This document shows, one piece after another, positions 1 through 64,000 of a stretch of DNA of 64,000 nt; position 1 is the stretch's first letter; each line of letters starts with the position of its first letter. The stretch is from positions 20,646,001 through 20,710,000 of the forward strand of contig OZ360235.1 in the NCBI GenBank assembly GCA_977017645.1, written 5' to 3'. The position numbers were made by a program, and so were the translations under genes. The notes below the pieces were generated by a model. It saw only the letters and a program-made list of their open reading frames with translations. It was not told where the DNA came from and made no database searches. The DNA comes from Torpedo marmorata (Eukaryota).

Positions 1-1340
1 GAATATCCTGTCAGGACCTGGAGATTTATCCACCTTTATACTCTTTAAAATAGCCAATACTACCTCCTCATTAATCTTTATATTATCTATGACCTCACTG
101 CCAGATTTCCTTACCTCCCCTTGCTCAATATTCCTTACCTTTGTAAATACTGAAGAAAAAAATTCATTTAAAATCTCCCCATCTCCTCTGACTTCTCACA
201 TAGCCTACCCGTCTGATCCTCAATGGACCCAATTTTATCCCTCACTATTCTTTTGCTTTTAATATACCTGTAGAAACTCTTTGTATTTATTTTTTACCTT
301 GCCTGCCAAAGCAGCCTCATATCTCCTTTTAGCCTTTCTAATTTCTTTCTTGAGATTTTTTTTACACTCCTTATATTCTACAAGGACCTCATCTATTCCC
401 TGCTGTCTATACCTGTTTTACACATCCCTCTTCCTCCGAACCAAATTCCCAATATCCTTTGAAAACCAAGGCTCCCTATATTTTCTAACTCTTCCTTTAA
501 TCCTCACAGGGACGAACCAACTCTGTACTCTCAAAATTTGCCCTTTGAATATCCTCCATTTATCTGTGACATCCTTTCCTAAAAATAAATTATCCCAATC
601 CACACCCTCTAAATCTTTCCTCATCTCCTTGAAATTTGCCTTATTCCAATCAAGAATCTCAACCTTAGGCCCAGCCCTATCCTTCTCCATTATCAACCTA
701 AAACTAATGGTATTATGATCACTAGACCAAAAGTGTTCCCCATCACAAACCTCTGTCACCTGACCTATCTCGTTCCCAAATAGGAGATCCAATACTGCCC
801 CCTTTCTAGTCGGTTGTTCTATGTATTGATTGAGAAAAATTTCCTGAACACATTTGACAAACTCCAACCCATCCTGCCCTATTACAGTATGGGCATCCCA
901 GTCAATACGTGGAAAGTTAAAATCACCTATAATCACCACCTTATGCTTATTACACATATATTCTATCTCCTTACAAATTTCCTCCTCTAATTCCCTCTGT
1001 CCATTCGGTGGTCTATAATACACTCCCATTAGTGTTTTCATGCCTTTCCCATTCCTCAATTCCACCCAAATAGCCTCACTGGACGAGCCCTCCAATCTAT
1101 CCTGCCATAGCACTGCTGTAATGGTTTCTCTAACAAGCACTGCGACCCCTCCACCTTTTATCCCCCCTGTTCTATCACGCCTAAAACAACGGAATCCAGG
1201 AATATTTAGCTGCCAATCATGCCCCTCCTTGCAACCAAGTTTCACTGATGGCTACAATATCATATTTCCATGTTTCAATCCATACTCTAAGCTCATCCAC
1301 CTTTCTTACAATGCTCCTTGCATTGAAATATATACACTTG
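1..1340 (-). pseudogene. CR1 ORF2, AP-endonuclease and linker
   Basis: ORFs 1217..1456 and 418..1245 joined by a frameshift near 1225; TAA at 418-420. Confidence 0.88.
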
Positions 1341-1482
1341 AGAGAATGTCCCCCACATACACTCCTTTGATTACCCTCTCCTTCATTAACTTTAACATTC
1401 TGGTTCCTCTCTTCCTTCAAATCTAGGTGTTCTTCTACGCTACTCTCCGCATTCACATTCTGATTCCCACCCCCCTGCCAAA

Positions 1483-2411
1483 CTAGTTTAAACCCTCTCC
1501 AACAGCTCTAGCAAACCTGCCTGCCAGGATATTGGTCCCCCTCCAGTTCAAGTGCAGCCCGTCCCTTTTGTACAGGTCAGACCTTCCCCAGAAGAGATCC
1601 CAATGATCCACAAATGTGAATCCCTGCCCCCAGCACCAACTCTTTAGCCACGCATTCATCCTCCGCATCTTCTTATTCCTACCCTCTCTAGCGCATGGCA
1701 CAGGCAGCAATCCTGAGATTACCACCCTCGAGGTCCTGCTTTTTAACTTCCTTCCTAACTCCTTATATTCCTTCTTCAGGACCTCATCCCCATTTCTTTC
1801 TATGTCATTGGTCCCCACGCGGACAACGACACCTGGCTGATCACCCTCCCCCTCCAGAATGCTGAGTACTCGATCAGAGACATCCTTGACCCTGGCACCT
1901 GGAAGGCAACATACCAACCGGGAGCTCCGATCTCATCCAGCAAACCTCCTGTCTGTTCCTCTAACCAGCGAGTCCCCAATTACAAAAGCTCTCCTCTTTT
2001 CCCCCCTTCCCTTCTGAGCCAAGGGGCCATCCCCCGTGCCAGAGACCTGACCCCGCGACTTGTCCCTGGTAGGTCGTCCCCCCCAACAGTATCCAAAACA
2101 GTATACTTATTTTTGAGGGGAACGGCCACAGGGGTTCCCTGCACTGTCTGTCTCCCCCCCTTCCCTTTCCTCACAGTCACCCAGTTAGCTGACTCCTGTC
2201 TATTTGGGGTGACTGTCTCCCTGTCTATGACTACCTCTGCCTCCCTCATGATCTGAAGTTCATCCAGCTGCAACTCCAGTTCCCTAACATGGTCTTGCAG
2301 GAGTTGCATCTGGATGCACCTTTTGCAGGTGTGGTCATCAGGAACATTTGTGATGTCCCTGACCTCCCACATCCTGCATTTGGAACACATGACTAACCCA
2401 ACTGCCTCCAT
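1483..2411 (-). pseudogene. CR1 ORF1 (zf/lz + esterase), frameshifted, with in-frame stop
   Basis: ORF 1980..2411 (CSKC...CKRC, LELQLDEL); hand-translated VIGDSLVRGTDRRFAG*; ORF 1483..1917 (GTND, DGLH). Confidence 0.88.
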
Positions 2412-2647
2412 AACCCCCTCTTAACTACAACTAGATTAAATAGGAATAAACTTAACCTTACTGGTAGTACTTCCTCAGCCTCTTCTCTCCGAAGCCTCTT
2501 GAGCCAAAGCCTCAGAGCTCCATTCCTTCACTATGCCACTCACTCACTGGGCCGCTCCCTCAACTTCCCTTCCTGTTATAGGTTACTGCTAATTAACTCT
2601 AATACCCAATTTCTTACTACTACTAATCACCACTTAACCTAGCCCTA

Positions 2648-2968
2648 GGCCCGAAAAAGTGCCCTTTTTAAACAATTTTACGTCCAAAAAACGTACTCAC
2701 CAAGCACCAGCCGCTCCTCCCACTCCAAAACTCCAACGCAACTGAATAGACCGAGGCCCGAAAAAGCGCCCTTTTTAAACAATTTTACAAGTCCAAAAAA
2801 CTTACTCACGAAGCACCAGTCACCAGTCGCTCCTCCCACTCCAACGCAACTGAATAGACCGAGGCCCGAAAAAGCGCCCTTTTTAAACAATTTTACAAGT
2901 CCAAAAAACTTTCTCACGAAGCACCAGTCACCAGTTGCTCCTCCCACTCCAACACTCCAACGCAACGA
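2648..2968. repeat. Three tandem ~107-bp monomers at the CR1 5' end
   Basis: GGCCCGAAAAAG recurs at 2648, 2755 and 2863. Confidence 0.9.
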
Positions 2969-3670
2969 ACTGTTGCAAATTTATTCGTATATCTTGTTAT
3001 TTGAAAGCCTTTCCAATTTAGCTGTACATTTTGTATCTTGTTAATTAAATATTCAACTGTTTCAGCAATATTTACAGCAAGTTTAATTGTATCACAATGA
3101 ATTTTAGTTGCTGCTTATAATTTCATTCTTTTGCTTTTGAAATATTTCCACTTCTTTGCTTTCACTTGGATTTATTTTATGATTGTAGTTTACTGGACAT
3201 GTCTCTGACAGCTTGCATTGTAACAGGAATGGAGCAGAAGCAGTTCTGAGCTGATCGCTGTTGTTCGTGCTATAAATATGTGGAGAGGTTTTGCATGCTC
3301 CAGAGGATATCATTCCCTCAATCTCTATCAAAAATGTGATTTCTCTTTTTTTTTCTGTATGTTATTATGCAATTAGGTTATTTATATTGGGATGTACAAA
3401 TTATCCTAAAGATAATATTATTTTGATTAGTAATGGATCCACCATGGCAAATAATGCCACATAAATATTAGAATGTACAACAGGACACCCCATTTTGCAA
3501 TACTGAGCTGATGAATAGAAAGCTTATACCAGTGGCAGTCAGAAGCTTTGCATAATATTTGTATTATATGGGGGGTGAAGGGAATGAGCAAGAGACCTGG
3601 GCAAATTTCTCTCTTTGGAGAGGGTGGGGGTTAAAATGGTGGCTGCCATTGGCTTACCATTTTAAGGTGA

Positions 3671-3720
3671 AATACACAAATGTGCAGGAGAAACTTGGCT
3701 TTCCAGCACACTTGTGTATT
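3671..3720. repeat. Short hairpin, probably a collapsed Penelope-derived fold-back
   Basis: AATACACAAATGTGCAGGA...TCCAGCACACTTGTGTATT, 17/19 arm match. Confidence 0.55.
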
Positions 3721-4939
3721 GCACTGGACCCCAGCATCCTTTCTTGTTTAGCTCCAGTTTTAATGTGAAAACAGTTTTGGTTCCGCTGCATATTTAAGGA
3801 AGTCCAAAATATCTCTGTGCAGCATTTTTGTGAAAGTCATCCATGGTTCTTTTTCAGCTGCTGCCTTGGTTGTGGTCAGGTGGCGAGCAGTTTTGGGAAT
3901 GGGCCTGAACTGGGTATTGTCCAAGTGACATGCATAGTTAGTGGGCCTATACCTGTTCCAAGGCACTCTGAGCAATACTGCTTTCAGAACACCAGTAGAA
4001 TAATGTTCTGTAGGATGGTCAAATGATTATGTGCAGGTGAAAGTATTAGGTAAAGGTGAAAACTATGTAATTATATTTAAGGTAACTTCAGTAAAGATTT
4101 TCCTTGGCTTCTGAAGGGGTTTCAGATATCAGAGGTTTGCACAAACATTCCTGCTAACTGTTCTGCAACTTTTTATACACATTCTGCCATCAAAGGCATT
4201 TCTTATGCAAGCGTGCATGAGCGGTTGGAAGCAGAGGAGCCCTAACTGCACCAGAATGCTGTGCCCATTCACATGAACTCTCTCACTGGTTTTGTCTGCT
4301 TCAGCAGTCCCTTGGGGTCGAGGATGATTTACTTCCAGGTCCTTTCTGAGGAGTGGAAGATGCTTTTGGGTGTGAATCCCTAAATAATGTTGCTCTTCAG
4401 CTACCAGTTGCATTTGACAGAATGAGATCTCGATCCAATGGCAAGGAGGTTCAACGTGATTGGACGTCAGGCTCTGTTGCAAAGACTTAGCACATACATG
4501 CACACGTATAATTTTGCCCTCATTATGTTCCTAGGTTCTCCTTTCTTGCACCTGATTTCCCTTAGACATTTGGACAAAGTATTGGAGAACAAGGTAATAC
4601 AATAAAAATCTTTTTTGTAAGGAGAGGAGGGTAGAACATAAGAAATACACTGAAATGTGATTCAAGCTAAGAAGATTCTGGCCGAATGATAAATTTTCAG
4701 TTGCAATTCAGTATATCATTTGAATAGATACACTTTGTTCATTTTTGGAGAGGACTAATGCACATGGAGGCTCCTGTTCCATACAGAAGGTAAAGTCCTA
4801 AACGCATTGTTATTGCCAGAACATCTATGAACCTAGGTGGTTCATTTTGTTGTTATGCTGCTTCCAAGATCATTTCTTTATGTGCTGCAATTTTCAGCAA
4901 CCAGAGCTGCTGTGCTCCTTCATTCTATAATTTTTTTTT

Positions 4940-5132
4940 GGTAGAAGGCTATTCCGGCCATTGAAACCCGTACTGCTCAATTACACACAATTAAACTACC
5001 AACCCTCTATGTTTTGGATGGTGGGAGGAAACTGGAGCAGGTCACGGGGAGTTCATACAAACTCCTTACAGACAGCGGAGGATTAGAACCCGGATTGCTG
5101 CCGCTAAATAGTGTTGTACTAACTGCCATGCT
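4940..5132 (-). mobile_element. tRNA-derived V-SINE, degenerate
   Basis: Similar to the 48588 copy (GTGGGAGGAAAC, CAAACTCCTTACAGACAGC). Confidence 0.75.
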
Positions 5133-5335
5133 TCACTGCTGAAGGACTGGAACTGGTGATATGAATTGTGAATTATTACGGTATGTAAATAAACGGATCC
5201 TGGAAATCCAACATGCTGCAATGCAGGTGAGATTTTCATTAGAACTACCATGCCTGTGCACTAAATATTTCTTGAGGATATCTGGCGATATAACCTACTG
5301 TACAACAAATTCTGTGCACCCAAGATAATGTGTCA

Positions 5336-63486
<58,151 letters not shown>

Positions 63487-64000
63487 CTGCAAAATAACAC
63501 AACCCATTAATGCACGAACAGCATATACAACCCACCTCCAAACCAGACAATTAAAAATAAACGTGCAATAATAAAATGTCCAGAACATCGAGAAATAAAC
63601 GGGTTACAAAGAACGGCGACTAGTTCAAGCATAAAATAGGGAATAGCGTTAGTGTGTTTACATTGAGTCGTTTTGGCGAGAACAGGGAAGATGAGTTGAA
63701 AGAGATCAAGGTCCAGGCTTTCGCACAAGTTTCAGTCGGCTCCACACGCACCCATCACACGAACACCATCAAATAACATTTGGCAGGCAGCTGTGCTGAA
63801 GCTCACCTTGACTAGACTGGATGCCATCCACAATAACATGAACCCCGTTTCACATCCCAGCATTGCGCCTACGATCTTATCTAGCTGTCCTCCCGGGCTA
63901 ATTGAAAATAAGGTATATAAACTACAATACTGTAAAATCCGAGAATGAAAATGTCTGTACCCCTCCGAGCGACCGGCGTTAAGAGCCTCTTCAATTCAAA

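Larger units (their letters stand above)
1..2970 (-). mobile_element. CR1-clade LINE, 5' half (5'UTR, ORF1, endonuclease part of ORF2), disabled; continues past window start
   Basis: ORF1 with CxxC..CxxC zinc finger, leucine zipper and GDSL/SGNH esterase; ORF2 APE motifs (NARS, SETWL, YRPP, GDFN, SDH) and KSPGPD; frameshifts and premature stops. Confidence 0.93.

Noticed and set aside
281-1840. Plus-strand ORFs 281..718, 1040..1426 and 1616..1840
   Set aside because: Antisense shadows of CR1 coding sequence.
3760-4026. Possible nested exon or gene
   Set aside because: Has an acceptor-like TTTTCAG but no recognisable peptide in any frame and no partner exons.
4129-4503. ORF as candidate final PTPRB exon (MHACIRNAF)
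   Set aside because: Lacks the expected CQYxYLHQC and IYENV motifs; no matching exon found in 1-5400.

Overview
Vertebrate genomic DNA, most likely a cartilaginous fish (inferred from the repeat families; species not determinable). There is no prokaryotic content. The window lies inside one minus-strand receptor tyrosine phosphatase gene, PTPRB (VE-PTP). I traced 29 GT-AG exons (63486 down to 5423; 5793 nt, 1931 codons, phases consistent): 16 single-exon FN3 repeats, the membrane-proximal module, the TM helix, an 18-nt micro-exon and most of the PTP domain ([20 protein letters not shown]). The signal-peptide exon and the last exon(s) were not found and presumably lie outside the window. The introns carry a disabled CR1 with its 5' half (zf/lz + GDSL esterase ORF1, tandem 5' monomers), L1 and Rex1-like fragments, V-SINEs, hAT, Tc1/pogo and Chapaev3-like elements, and a Penelope GIY-YIG fragment. 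The two most unusual signals are (i) a family of TSD-flanked fold-back elements derived from the Penelope terminal repeat, with minimal hammerhead-like motifs on both strands, and (ii) a ~280-bp inverted duplication of apparently unique sequence with microhomology scars. Repeat family names come from recognised motifs, not database searches, and repeat boundaries are approximate unless a TSD is given.
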